A stretch of DNA of 63,112 nt, taken from contig JAADVB010000094.1 in NCBI GenBank assembly GCA_023334545.1, positions 1 through 63,112 of the forward strand, read 5' to 3'. The DNA comes from Salisapilia sapeloensis CBS 127946. Its lineage: Eukaryota > Protista > Oomycota. The notes under the pieces were generated by a model, which searched no databases, was not told the DNA's origin, and worked only from the letters and a program-made list of their open reading frames with translations. This document shows, in pieces, positions 23,125-35,268 of the stretch (positions are counted from its first letter, which is position 1; each line of letters opens with the position of its first letter). Made by a program: the position numbers and the translations under genes.

Positions 23125-24883
23125 TTATTGCACAGTACAGTAGCTACTACTCTTCTCTTCTTGCCATTCTGGTGGCATCTCAAAGTGCTTTCGTCTTCCA
23201 CGAGCAAACCGTCGGACTCGAACTTCATTGTCTTCATCTACCGTATCCAGCACATCCGGATGCTTCTTAATGTACTTTTGCAACTTTTTCAACTCTCGCT
23301 CCGTCGTCGTCTTCGCCTGTGCATCATACTCCTCTCGACTGATCATGATGCTGTGCTTTCCTGGAGCTCCAGCATAGTACCAATAGTACAGAGCAAAGTA
23401 AATGGCGTAGAACCATCCTCGTAGCATCACAAGTGTCACAAGGAGGAGTGAGGCTTCTGTCGTGGAGGTACTATAAAAGAGAAGGACAAGTCCAGACGCA
23501 GTGAGCAATCGCTCGAGCATCACTTGGAAAGTGGTCAACGGAAGATCCTCCTCATCGTCAGTAGCAGCAAGCGAGGGATGCCCATACGTCGGTACTTCTT
23601 CCAACTCTTCCGCCGTCTCCGGTGTCTTCCCCCACTCGTACCACCAAACGAGGAGCATACCAAAGACACCAAAGAGCATAAAGTAAACCTTGCCTAGATG
23701 CGGAACACCAAACACAGTTTCCTGAGACCAGAAGTACAAGAGGATATTGGAAGTCCATGCCACGAACTGGTAGAAGGCTGGTAAGACGACGACACTGGTG
23801 AAGGGTACGAGGAGCGACAAGAGCGATTGGAAGGGAGCAAGTAAGTCGTAGCCAGGGATGGCTCGAGAGAATGAACGAGTCTGGCGTTGGAAAAAATAGA
23901 GCGCTAAGAAGATGGAAAACGTGACGCCTAATAACGCACCAAGGAAGTAGTGAAACGTTCTGGATCGAGCGAGGCGATTCGCAGATAGGACGAACACAAA
24001 GCCAAGGATCAAGTTCTGTGGGAAGATGATGGACAGGACGGTGTAAAAGGCTGTAGAGATCGAGATCGATGGACGCGACGATGGGAACATCGGTTGAGAC
24101 GGAGCTTCTAGCGTCACACAAGGCGAATGGAAGGGGCTTAAAAGAAGAACGCAACCACCGGATGTGACTGGCGTGCATTCCAATGGACAGCCATTGACAC
24201 AGCTTTCGCAGAACGCTTGGGAGGAGAGGTAGAGGGCGTAGTGGAGCCACGAGACGACTTCCGATGGGAAGTGAGCTGTAAGAGACGGAGTCGAGTCAAG
24301 GCCGTGCTGGATCATTTGACAGATAGATCCGGGAGATCTGGTGTAGTAAAACTGGAGATCCTGCCACTGGGTGCTGTCTACGACGAGCAGGAGGTTACTC
24401 CAGGACCACCAGAGCCAGGATACACTTCCCATGTACTTTTCTGCTTTGGATAATAAGACACCTGTGAGCCTGTAGAGGGATTCTACCTCATGGATGTTGC
24501 TTAAGAAGCGCATATACGGTGGTTGCATCGTGCTACAGATGAAATAAAAGAGTTTATTATGATATGGGCTTGGATTTTATTAGAAAAGAGTACCTGTTGA
24601 GCGTATCGAGACGAAGGTGGAGACTGGCATTGCTGTGGAAGCAAAAGGTGGATTGGTATCCCCACTCTGTGACAGTGGCAGTCGCGGATTCACCTTCATC
24701 AAGCCAAAGTGCTTGCTCTCGCCCTAGATTCGATAAAAGGTACAGTACAGATGTAAGTTTGATAAGCTATCATTGCAATGATGTGGTATACGCAGTAGAG
24801 CAAAGCGTACATTGACTAGAAGTGGTATGAAGCTCTGCATAGGTGCTCACGAGTAGCAATAGAAAGCACCACAGTGTCCTCAT
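23125..24883 (-). CDS. NEMP/TMEM194-like nuclear envelope membrane protein, multi-exon
   Basis: Signal peptide exon MRTLWCFLLLLVSTYA at 24883. FHYFLGALLGVTFSIFLALYFF resembles the NEMP TM motif, with further TM helices and a C-terminal ISREEYDAQAKTTTERELKKL helix. Confidence 0.7.
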
Positions 24884-25048
24884 CTCGCGATCGATTAAAC
24901 TCTTGGTCGCGGTTCAAAGTGGGATGTCATTTCGATACAATATCCAAGTCAAATGGCATTTTCTATAGAATGCACCACTTGCCAACGCAAAGAAAAAGAA
25001 AAGAGAAACGGATACTCGATAGAATGCGATATTGTGGTAGACACATTG

Positions 25049-25722
25049 CTAGAATACACGATTTCTTCTCTGTTGTTGCTTTTGTTCCATTAGATCCATC
25101 TTGGATCCTCGTGCGATGAACAGCACCATCTCGATGACCATCATACCGATAGCTCCCGTCATGCCCACGACGAGTCGCTAATAAATAGGAACAGCTTTCA
25201 GTCAAGTGTATGAAAATTAGGTGCAAAGTACTTGCTTACCATGGTCTCGTTCGACGTCAAGTGTCGACCGAGCATGTACATGATGACGAACGCCGTGAAG
25301 ATCGCCATGATCATATTCGCTGCAATCGAAAGGTGCTGTCGAACGGAAGAGACCACTCGTCGCAGTTCCTGCGCATCCGACTCGGCACGTACATTCTTCA
25401 CCATCCGCCCATACTCCTTTTCTTCCTGTCTCCTCCGCAATTCCTTCCGTCTACTCTCCATCCCACTCATTTCTCTCGGCTGATTGGTTACACTTAAAGC
25501 CTGGACTCTCGCCTTCACATCTCCCTTCCTTAAAAACGTCGCTAAAGACGGTGTCGAAGCATCCACTTTCCTACGCTCCTGAAGCTTTTCCACCGCCAGT
25601 TTAAACTCTTCAGGTTTCAATCCCTGATTCCTTTCTCCATCTCCATCCTTATCATTGTTCTCCAAGTCTCCTAGATAGCGTCGTAGCGCTCGAATCCCAT
25701 CGCCTCCGACCGTGACGTCCAT
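25049..25722 (-). CDS. VMA12/TMEM199-like V-ATPase assembly factor, one intron
   Basis: RRKELRRRQEEKEYGRMVKNV followed by two TM helices (SIAANMIMAIFTAF; second exon GMTGAIGMMVIEMVLFI). Confidence 0.75.
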
Positions 25723-25844
25723 CTTATCAGATCGACTCGTATCTCTTACCATTGGATATAATTTTAATATATTATCCAATGAGGAAACGCCACTAGGCCA
25801 CAAGCAGTGCCAAGAGGGAAAAAGCGAGAGATCCTGGACGAGAG

Positions 25845-28800
25845 ATGGCGTCCGGGGGCATGAGCAATGAGCGGTACTGCACCGTGCTACTACAATCTGG
25901 TGCGTCGGGGGAAAAGTCTGCTCCACCACCGACGCAGGATGAGATTCTCAAGGGGCTCGAGTCGCCCAAAGTCGAGCTCAAGATCGCTGCCGTGAAGAGT
26001 GCGATTTTAGGACTATTACAAGGGGAAAAGCTTCCGAAAGTGCTCATGCACATCATCCGATTCTGTTCGACGCATAATGATCATACGTTGAAAAAATTGC
26101 TCATGGTCTTTTGGGAAGTCGCACCCAAGTACGAAGCACCAGGCAAGTTGTTACCAGAAATGATCCTCGTCTGCAACGCCTTGCTCAACGACCTGAACCA
26201 TCCGAACGAGTACATTCGAGGCAGTATGCTACGCTTCCTGTGCAAAGTCAAAGAACGAGAGGTACGTTATCCGTCGTAATCACTCGTAGAAGTATGCATA
26301 TCGTTCAAGACGCTAGCACGTGCATGCAGATCTTGTATCTGCACACAGTACTCTACCATCATGCACAGTCTTGTCTGTATATATAGAAAGCTCCATATCT
26401 CCATATCTCCATTCGTACCTGCATAAGCTTCATACTAACGACATGACAGCTCTTAGAACCTCTCAAGGACGCTGTAAAAGCCAATTTAGAACACCGACAT
26501 GCATATGTGCGTAAGAACGCCGTCCTGGCTGTCTACACCATGTACAAAGGCTTTGGCGACCAGCTCCTCCCGGACGCACCGGAGCTCATCTCGGCCGTGG
26601 TGCAGACCGAGACAGACGCTAGCGCTCGTCGCAACGCCTTCCTCATGCTCTTTGACTGTGCACAGGAAGCAGCCGTGACATTCCTCATGAGCAGTATGGA
26701 CCAAGTCCAGCGCTTTGGCGACGGCTTCTCGCTCGTCATTCTAGAGCTCACGAGAAAAGTGTGTCGGCAAGATCCGTCGCAGAAAGCTCGTTTCGTTCGT
26801 TGTATCTTCCAACTCTTAAACTCTTCGTCTCCTGCCGTCAGCTACGAAGCTTCCTGGACGCTCGTGACGTTATCTTCTGCGCCGACGGCCGTGCGAGCAG
26901 CAGCCAAGACGTACTGCGGGCTCTTGAACAGCCAGTCGGACAACAATATCAAACTCATTGTCCTCGAGCGTCTGCAGGATCTCCAGCGCCATCACTCCAA
27001 GGTGCTGCAGGAGGTGCTGCTGGATATGATGCGCGCACTATCGTCTCCTTCCTTGGATGTCTGTCGAAAGGTGCTGGACATTGCGCTCGACTTGGTGTCT
27101 GCACGTAATATCGACGACGTCGTGGGTCTGTTGAAACGCGAAGTGGTTAAGACACAGGACAAGACGCAGGAAAAAGGCAGCGAGTATCGACACCTGCTCA
27201 TCACGTCCATCCACTCTTGTGCCTCTAAATTCCCTGAAATCGCTCCTTCCGTCGTGCCAGTGCTGATGGAATTCCTCAGCTCCGACGGCGCTCTAGAAGT
27301 GATTCTTTTTGTACGTACCATGTGTGAGACGTACCCGGACTTGCGTTCGAGTATCTTGCAAAAACTTTTAGTTGCTTTCCCGGACATTACGCTCGCCAAA
27401 GTCTTTCGTGTCGCTCTTTGGATACTCGGAGAGTACGCGTCCGAGTCATTTGTCGAAGACAACACGTCTGTCCATGATGCTCTCCAGACGATTCTAGAAG
27501 CCATCGGATCGTTGCCGCTAAAGGATAAGACGGAACCTGTCAAGGCTCGGTCAGGTAGCACCGACAGCAACCCACAGCCTGTCACCAAGAGCGTCGTCTT
27601 GGCGGATGGAACGTACGCGACCGAGACGTCGTACTCGACGCCTGTCGTGAACACATCAGACGACAACGACTCCGATCTCCGGAAACTTATTCTAGCTGGC
27701 GATTGGTTCCTCGCCGCTAGCGTCTCGGCGACCATGGCCAAGCTCTGTCTTCGAGCGAGTGACCACCACGGTCCATCCGACGCGAGTGTCAAGCCTCTCA
27801 TCTCGGATAGCGCTAGATACATGTGTGCCTTTGCCAACGCCTGTCCGGATGCCGACTCCAAGGCACGCATCCTCCTCTGCATTCGAGCTCTCTTGGATCC
27901 ATCCGCTCGACAGGTTCTCCAGCCGATCATCTCGAAACAATGTCGAGAGTCGTACCAGAGTCTTTTGGCGACGCAGCAGGAAGAAGAGAAGCAGCGAGCA
28001 CAGAGTTCCAGTGACGTACCACTGGCGCAACCGGATGACTTGATCTCGTTCCGTCAGTTGCGTGGACAAAAGGCGTTGGGTGCGACGGACATTGATATTG
28101 ACGACGGCGCAGACCTTGGACGAGCTGTCGGGCAGGAGGAAGAGAATGAGTTTGCTGGACAGCTCGGACATATCCATCAGCTCACGGGACTTGCCGATCC
28201 GGTCTACGCTGAAGCTGTCGTGGGTGTGCACGACTATGACTTGGTGCTAGACGTTCTTATCATCAACCGACTGCCGCAGACGCTAAATAACGTCACGTTG
28301 GACTTATCGACACTAGGTGACTTGAAACTAGTTGAACGACCGGCTCCTCTGACGATCGGTCCGTTGGATGAAAAGACGCTGCGAGCGAGTGTCAAAGTGA
28401 GTTCGACCGAGACGGGACATGTCTTTGGTACGCTCGTGTACGACTCTGCTTCTGGTGCCGAGAAGACGTATGTGAACTTGAATGACTTGCATCTGGATAT
28501 CATGGACTACATTCGGCCAGCGACGTGCTCCGACGCGAGCTTCAGGTCCATGTGGGCCGAGTTCGAGTGGGAGAACAAGGTCGCTGTGTCGACCGAGATT
28601 GAAGACGTGTACGAGTTCCTGGAACACATTGTCGAACGGACGCATATGAAGTGTCTAACCCCTCGCGTTGCGCTTGGAGATGATAGTCTTTTCCTCGCTG
28701 CGAATCTCTACGCCAAGAGTGTGTTTGGGGAGGATGCATTGGTGAATTTGAGTGTCGAGAAGCAAGAGAATGGAAAGGTTGGAGGCTACATTCGCATTCG

Positions 28801-28888
28801 GAGCAAGACGCAGGGCATTGCATTGAGTCTTGGCGATCGTATTACATCCGTCCAACGTCAGAAGGAAGATCCGAACAAGAAGAAGTGA
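25845..28888 (+). CDS. COPB1: Coatomer subunit beta (beta-COP), intron 26262-26449
   Basis: MILVCNALLNDLNHPNEYIRGSMLRFLC, HAYVRKNA, QSDNNIKLIVL, QLTGLADPVYAE, FRSMWAEFEWENKV, RIRSKTQGIALSLGD. Confidence 0.97.
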
Positions 28889-28929
28889 GGGAGATTGCTT
28901 TCAATACAACAAACGTTCGAACAAAATTT

Positions 28930-31900
28930 TTATGTTTCTTGCGAGATGATCGAGATGACAAAGTTGTCCAGGATGTTCGGATCTGGAGATAGACGGACAC
29001 CCCACTCGGGACCGACAATGTCCATGACATCACTGCTGCCGTCGACATACGGATACAATGCATCCTCCGTGTCGGTTGAGACGTCGACTACTAGCTCTGC
29101 TTCCAACGCATTTGGCTGTCGATTGATCTGATCGATAACTGCGTCTCCGTCGACTAGAGACAGCATAGCTGCAACGAGCTCGTCTCGATGCCTGTCGTCT
29201 CCATTCGGCCCTCCGTCTCCCATCACGAGGACGCGATGCTGTGAATCTAGATTTACATTTACCACAAGCACACCGACAGCGCCTGCTTCGTATGCTCTTC
29301 GAGCCTTTTCTTCAAACAAACAGTCGCCTCGATTCACTACCACGAGCTTCCCTTGGACTTGCTCTGGCTCCGGTCCAGTACACAGGTCTCGTGGCTCACC
29401 TACGACAATCCCGACACGACCGGAGGAAAAGGTTGACGACATGTTCGTCCGACCAAAGGAAGCCGCCGCACAGGACACATCTATGAGATTCTCTCGCTCT
29501 CCTTCCTTACCCCCACTCGCTCTAGACACTACAAGTCTACACCTCTGGCTTATAATACGCTCTTCCGTCGTATCAGGTAGATGGAAGACAGCAAAGGATG
29601 CTGTTCCTTCCTTTTCAGGACGCCAGCCTACGAGGACGTGGTTTAGATCCCATAGACCAGAGATCTCGAGCCAATCCTCTCTATTCTCCCTCGTCACTCG
29701 CATCACACCATCCATTCGATCCAGAAGGAAGATACCCAAGTGGTCGACCTGACTGTCGATACGCTGAATAGTGTCCACCACTTCTTCATTCAGCATCTTT
29801 TCCAAATCAAAGTTCATATCTCGCAGCCAGGAAGGTATTTCATGTCCATTCCAGTCGATATTCATAGTCTCTGTCGAATGGTCTTTGGATTTAGACACTG
29901 GTAATGGAGACGTCGGTCGTCGACACTTTTCTGTCTCGCGTTCAACTGTGCCAACGTACTTGATGTCGTAGCTCAGACGGTCTTGCAAAGACGGTTTGGG
30001 ACACTGAAGGTGGTTCAGTTCATCCCAATCGATAGTCCTATTCATATCTTTAAATGCGTTGGGAAGAGTAGAAGCATCGAGCATTGGCTTGACAAGGTTA
30101 TAAGACAACGGTGGGAACACATGTGCTTCAGTCGTGAAGCTATAGCCACGATGACGGACAAAGTTGTCCTGATCAAAGAGAAGGTATAGATACTTTGTCG
30201 TCTCGGACAAGAAGAACGACGGCATGACGTCTGCTTGCGACTTGGTTGTCACGTCCGATAGCTCTGCATACCCGCAATTGGTCTTGCAGTGCTTTTGCAA
30301 TGAATGAACAGCATGGGCACCGGCACGTAACCACGTGTTGTCGCCAGTAGCTTGATGTAGATAAAAGACCGACTCCAAAAGTTCCGGTCGAAGCTGGTAG
30401 TGAGCTCCTGACCCTTTCTTTGGTCGCCATGACAGAACGAGGAACTGCTCTGGGATAAAGCCATAGTCTCGCCAGACTCGAAGGTAAGCGTTTACGGATC
30501 GAGTCGCTTGAGGGAGATCCCCAAGCATCACTTGCATCTCCGGCCAGAAGCAAGTCAGTCCTTCCATCACGACTTCTCCATTCGATGGGTGGCATCCACT
30601 CCACATCGACACGTCAGTATACCAATCGCCATGAAGGTTATACGTCTCCACTGCCTCTGCTGTATCCAAGTACATTTGCAAGCTTTCCATATCCCCATAT
30701 AACGTATACATCTTCAACAAATATTCGTAAAAGCTATCAGAGTTAGATCCAGGACCAGACAAGGACTCTGTCCAGTCGCCTGAATGCGCATGAATGTGCT
30801 TTCCTAAGAGTCCGAGACGAGATCGACGTTGGTATAACGCTCGAACAGCGCCTCGACTCGCTTGGGCGTACTTTGGATCTTGCGTCAGAACGCTGAGCAT
30901 GGTGAATTCAAGAGACAAGGAGCCAGCGCCAGCCGTCGATGCAATAGGTGTCTCTCCGTTGGGTACACCATGTCGGAGGTTAACGGTTCCGAACGGGATG
31001 CCAGTGTCGGTATTAAAGGCAGGAAGGAGTCGATCACCCAAATCGATGGCAAGGTGCAAAAGAGCGTCGTCATAGTCCGGAAAGAGAGCTAGTTCTGGGT
31101 CTTTGGCAAGTAAGTGGGCGGACAAGAGGCCTCCGAGTACTCGAATGGTCGTCTCGAAAAGAGATACTTCCGTGTCCAAGTCGAAGGTCGCACTGCTGAT
31201 GACGATGTTTGACGCACGTTGGAACTCAGCCGCGTCTCCCAGCACCGCAAGAGTGTCCAAGGCATCGATGAGTGTCAATAAAGGGATACGACCGAGTTCG
31301 AACGTATCCCCTTCGCATGACAGGGGCTTTAACGCTGCCATTGGGTATGCATAGGCCAAGTAGCCTTCATACGCATGATAGAACATGTCTTTGACAGTCT
31401 GCTTTAGCACGTGTCTCTCCTCTGTCGAGACGACTGAGGGTGCTGCTAGCACGAGAGCATCTCGCTGCACGAGTCCACATGCGACTGGGCTGCAGACTGT
31501 CATGACATACTCACAAGTAGATGGTTCATCCACACCTTCGACATACGTCTCATTCGTTCGAAATATACAGCATTTAAAACGCAAACGCACGGACCTCGCT
31601 TTTTCTTTTGTACTATACTCTACCGGAAATTCCTCCGAGGACACGTCAGAGCATGTATCGCCATCCATGTAGTGCTGAATGGCGTAATACCCACGGACGT
31701 CTGGATCGTTCAGCTTGGCATAATCTTCCGTTGGCTCGACTATTAGTTTAGTATTTTGCTTTCTCGTCGTCGTCCCCAATAATACTTCACTCGCTGCCTC
31801 TTCGGGGTACAGCGGATTATAAGGATGATACTGTCGTACATGACTGTCGATGCACCATTCATAGTGCCACCAAGTCTGCGGAACGTGATGCTGAATGCAT

Positions 31901-32178
31901 CTAGCTCCACGAAGGTTCCGCTTTAGCTGGTTGCGAAAGCGTCGATGGCTTCCACCAGAGATTTCCAGCAGGCCGTTAAAATGATGCGAGGATTGGGTTT
32001 TGCTGGATGTAAACGACTTTCCAACGACTATATCGGTCCGGTAGCATGCGACAAATACAAGCAACCATACTAGAAATAGTGTGTTTCGACGTATGCTGGA
32101 TAAAGAGCTTGTGATCTGATGATACGAGGAGCTCATTGGAATTTGTGGTTTGTGTCCAAGCATCGTTGCTCTGCTCAT
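28930..32178 (-). CDS. EDEM-like GH47 alpha-1,2-mannosidase with N-terminal MRH (OS-9-like) domain and C-terminal PA domain
   Basis: GH47 motifs KDMFYHAYEGY, FETTIRVLGGLLSAH, DSFYEYLLK, RPELLES, FFLSETTKYLYL, TTEAH. PA motif VVNRGDCLFEEKARRAYEAGAVGV. MRH motifs WWHYEWC..VRQYH, GDTC, EPSTCEY. Confidence 0.92.
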   Translation of the reverse strand: MSRATMLGHKPQIPMSSSYHQITSSLSSIRRNTLFLVWLLVFVACYRTDIVVGKSFTSSKTQSSHHFNGLLEISGGSHRRFRNQLKRNLRGARCIQHHVPQTWWHYEWCIDSHVRQYHPYNPLYPEEAASEVLLGTTTRKQNTKLIVEPTEDYAKLNDPDVRGYYAIQHYMDGDTCSDVSSEEFPVEYSTKEKARSVRLRFKCCIFRTNETYVEGVDEPSTCEYVMTVCSPVACGLVQRDALVLAAPSVVSTEERHVLKQTVKDMFYHAYEGYLAYAYPMAALKPLSCEGDTFELGRIPLLTLIDALDTLAVLGDAAEFQRASNIVISSATFDLDTEVSLFETTIRVLGGLLSAHLLAKDPELALFPDYDDALLHLAIDLGDRLLPAFNTDTGIPFGTVNLRHGVPNGETPIASTAGAGSLSLEFTMLSVLTQDPKYAQASRGAVRALYQRRSRLGLLGKHIHAHSGDWTESLSGPGSNSDSFYEYLLKMYTLYGDMESLQMYLDTAEAVETYNLHGDWYTDVSMWSGCHPSNGEVVMEGLTCFWPEMQVMLGDLPQATRSVNAYLRVWRDYGFIPEQFLVLSWRPKKGSGAHYQLRPELLESVFYLHQATGDNTWLRAGAHAVHSLQKHCKTNCGYAELSDVTTKSQADVMPSFFLSETTKYLYLLFDQDNFVRHRGYSFTTEAHVFPPLSYNLVKPMLDASTLPNAFKDMNRTIDWDELNHLQCPKPSLQDRLSYDIKYVGTVERETEKCRRPTSPLPVSKSKDHSTETMNIDWNGHEIPSWLRDMNFDLEKMLNEEVVDTIQRIDSQVDHLGIFLLDRMDGVMRVTRENREDWLEISGLWDLNHVLVGWRPEKEGTASFAVFHLPDTTEERIISQRCRLVVSRASGGKEGERENLIDVSCAAASFGRTNMSSTFSSGRVGIVVGEPRDLCTGPEPEQVQGKLVVVNRGDCLFEEKARRAYEAGAVGVLVVNVNLDSQHRVLVMGDGGPNGDDRHRDELVAAMLSLVDGDAVIDQINRQPNALEAELVVDVSTDTEDALYPYVDGSSDVMDIVGPEWGVRLSPDPNILDNFVISIISQET

Positions 32179-32462
32179 ACTAAAACCAAGTGTAGCAAAG
32201 GATACATATGTCTAGCGACTGCCTACCGAGATGACCGATCTAGCTGTACCAATGGCAGAGATAAAATATATAGCAAGTATACTTGATGGTATAGCTGTGT
32301 CAATGCGTCCTCAGTACCAAATCAGAGATCTATAAATAAATTACCATGTAAAACTAGTAGGAACACCTACCTTACAAAAGACAAGTGAGACTGAATAAGA
32401 TTGAATACAGTTGAAGATATAATTAGGTCCTTGTGTCTGATCCTTGGACGTCCACTTGCTTC

Positions 32463-32477
32463 CTCATTCTGCCTTTC
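32463..32477 (+). promoter_or_regulatory. Oomycete Inr/FPR core promoter of histone H1 gene
   Basis: CTCATTCTGCCTTTC matches the oomycete consensus (G)CTCATTYBNNNWTTY, ending about 42 nt upstream of the ATG at 32520. Confidence 0.7.
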
Positions 32478-32519
32478 ACACCAAAAGCAACAAGAAGAAA
32501 CACTCCAAGCACTAGAAAG

Positions 32520-32978
32520 ATGACTGAAACTTTGTCTGCGAAGAAACCAAGTACAGGACGTAGCTACTGGGATCTCATCAAGGATGCTCTTCAGACACTA
32601 CAAGGAAGCGAATGCTCGTCTCGCCAAGCCATTGACAAGCATGTTGCTGCTGTAAAGGGTGAAGGGTACTCGAAAGCAAGGCTGAACATGGCTCTTAAGC
32701 GTGGAGTGGAAACTGGCAAGGTGGTTACAGTTAAAGGCTCGTTCAAGCTTTCACCTTTGGAAACCGCATCCAAGACCAAGGCGAAAGGAAGAGCGAAGAG
32801 CAACTCAATGGACAGTGATGCTCCCGGTAAGAAGCGCGTGATGGCCAAAAAAGGCAAGGATGCCACACCTGCTGGACGCAAGACGACTGCTACCGAGAAG
32901 AAGTCGACGAGCAAGAAAGCCACTGATGCTGCTCCAAGCACGGTTAGGAAGGGAAAAACTAGGAAAATGTCGGCGTAG
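32520..32978 (+). CDS. Linker histone H1-like protein
   Basis: Winged-helix H15 core SYWDLIKDAL..SSRQAIDKH..LNMALKRGVETGKV..KGSFKL with a Lys/Ala/Thr-rich tail. Confidence 0.88.
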   Translation: MTETLSAKKPSTGRSYWDLIKDALQTLQGSECSSRQAIDKHVAAVKGEGYSKARLNMALKRGVETGKVVTVKGSFKLSPLETASKTKAKGRAKSNSMDSDAPGKKRVMAKKGKDATPAGRKTTATEKKSTSKKATDAAPSTVRKGKTRKMSA

Positions 32979-33082
32979 ATCGCTTTGCATTTGAATTCCA
33001 TGACTAGAATGCCACTTGACAATGAATACAAGTTAGCATAATGACTGAATGAACTCATGTAGCTGTTATTGTGTACGAAAGA

Positions 33083-35135
33083 CTATTTCTGTAATTCGCC
33101 TCTACCTTGGCGAGCTTTCACTAATTCTTCTTCAAGTTTGAGTATGTTATCCATAGCGCTCGATAGATCCTTTTCTGCTTTTTCAAGTTTATGCTTGAGT
33201 CTCATCTGCTCTTGTTTTGCTTGACTCGAAACCTCCATTTCCTGTTGCCTACGAGTATCCATAACATCTCTTAGCTCTTTTCTTACCCTTACGAATTCTC
33301 TCCTAGAGTCCTCAAGCTCTTGCTTTGTACTCTGCAGATTCTTCATGGTCTCGGATACTTCTTGCCGAAGTTCGAGAGCCTCATCTTCAGCCTCATCGAC
33401 CTTGCTCATAAGAGCATCGAACTGGCCTTGCAAGTCTTTTGCACGTTGCTCGCTTTCTTTGGCTACTTTGGTCATCTCATGTCGAGCTCCCATGGCTACG
33501 AGAACTAATCTATCCTTGCGTTCATTCTCCTGCAGACATTCACGATTAAACTTCGGTAACGTCGTCGATAGTGTTGATTATACCGATGTTAACTCCGCGG
33601 CTTTCTTAATCTCTTTCCAGAGTAATTGACTCATTTCGTCTCGTTCCTACGTAAACGAGCACAGTTATCTATTAATGCTAACCTTCATTTAACATCAAGA
33701 TACTTACACGTCGAAGGGTGACTTCTTCTTGCTCATGGGATGTAATTACATGATTTAAGCTTTTATACATTTTGGTCACCAGCTCCACGTTTAGCTCTAA
33801 CGCTTCCACAGTCTTTGAGGTTTCAACAGCAGACTCTTCCAACTAGTGCAAAACATCATACATCAGTAGCTTCTTTTATTTAGTCGAGTACAGATGAGCT
33901 ATCTGTACCTGTTGAATTCGAGGTTGATACCAATCAATATCGTCTGTATGTGCTTGCCGAATGTGTTCATACTGCTTTCGCAGATGCACTATTTCTTCCT
34001 CTAGCTGTCCATTCGTAAGTGTCAGTTGAGCATTGCTAGCTTTCACGTCGGTAAGTTCTCGTCGAAGTTTTTGAATCATCAACGTCGCTTCTTCCAAACT
34101 GGATGCCAGCACGACCGAAGATTTTTCGTCATGATCTTGCTTTTCTTGATTGTCAAGCATCATATCTTCGCTTTCGGCGCCGTCTACTCCACTACGCTTC
34201 TCACGTACGAACTGGAAGAAGGAGGTTTGGAATTGCATCACCTAGCATGACCGTCAATACTGTTAAGCACACAGTACAACGTACGAGATAGTTGATGTAT
34301 TAAGTTAGATACCTTTAAAAAGACGATGGTATCATAAGACGAAGTGCTTTCCTGATCATTCGACAAAATGTCAAGCTCCTTTGCCACTGGTGTATTCTTC
34401 ATACTCTCGGTCACGCTTACACAAGTAATCAGTTATTTTTACGGACTAGTAGGTTGCGATATACCTACCCAAACTCCTGATCAATGGTACTCTTTTGACG
34501 AAGCATTTCATCCGATACACGAGATGTCAGCTCCCGCCTCGCGTCGTACAATCGTAGTAGCAAAATGGGCAAACTATTTGCGCCTCCAGCTCCGGTCCCT
34601 TTCTCATCATGCACACTCATCGCCAAGAGGTGCCGCAAGTGATCCTACAGCAGCTGTTTATCATCATGTCCACTATCCGTCGACATAGACGATGCATTTG
34701 GATAGTTACCATCTCCACTTCCAACGCCGAGAGCGCATCCGCCGTCTCTTTCGGATCTATATCACTTCGTATCTGGAGCAAAGCTAGCCGAAATTTTTGC
34801 AGCAGCCTCACATCCGACCTTAATGTCCGCAGCTTCGCATGCGCAACTTGTTCATTCACAGTATCCTCACTCGGACACGTCTCGTCTTGCACTGGCGTCC
34901 TTAACGCTCGACTCCGCTCCAACTGAAGCTGTACATACCTCACAAACTCTGACGAATCCTCATGCCACAACGCGACTTGCTTTGCCATCCGCACCGCCTC
35001 CTGCTTCGTCTTCGTCGGCTGCAACAGAGACAGCGAATCATGCTGTCGCCTTAGGGCTTCATCAATCTCTTCGTTCAACGCTTCAAACTTTCTCCTTAAT
35101 GCCAACACTTGTGACGAGCTCCGTCGCTCCTCCAT
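33083..35135 (-). CDS. Uncharacterised coiled-coil protein, multi-exon
   Basis: Three heptad-rich ORFs (34617, 33876, 33083) on the same strand, separated by GT-AG-bounded gaps; likely start MEERRSS at 35135. Confidence 0.6.
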
Positions 35136-35268
35136 CGGTTTCAATCCAAAGTAGATAGGCAACGAGAACACGTATCTTCCAAGCAAAACGAGCGTTTAAT
35201 TATCCTGGAACCTACAAGCTACGAAACGACCATGCGGGGTCTCTGCATACAGCGACTTTTTCTTAATG

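Noticed and set aside
25723-25929. Apparent overlap of the VMA12-like ORF with the COPB1 start
   Set aside because: It arises from a non-ATG upstream extension in the ORF track. Recognisable similarity starts at MDVTVGG (25722).
26992-27930. 312 aa minus-strand ORF and many other 100-230 aa ORFs opposite real genes (e.g. 1938-2411, 5905-6417, 23558-24250, 59552-60079)
   Set aside because: Antisense or alternate-frame shadows of well-supported genes, with no recognisable motifs.
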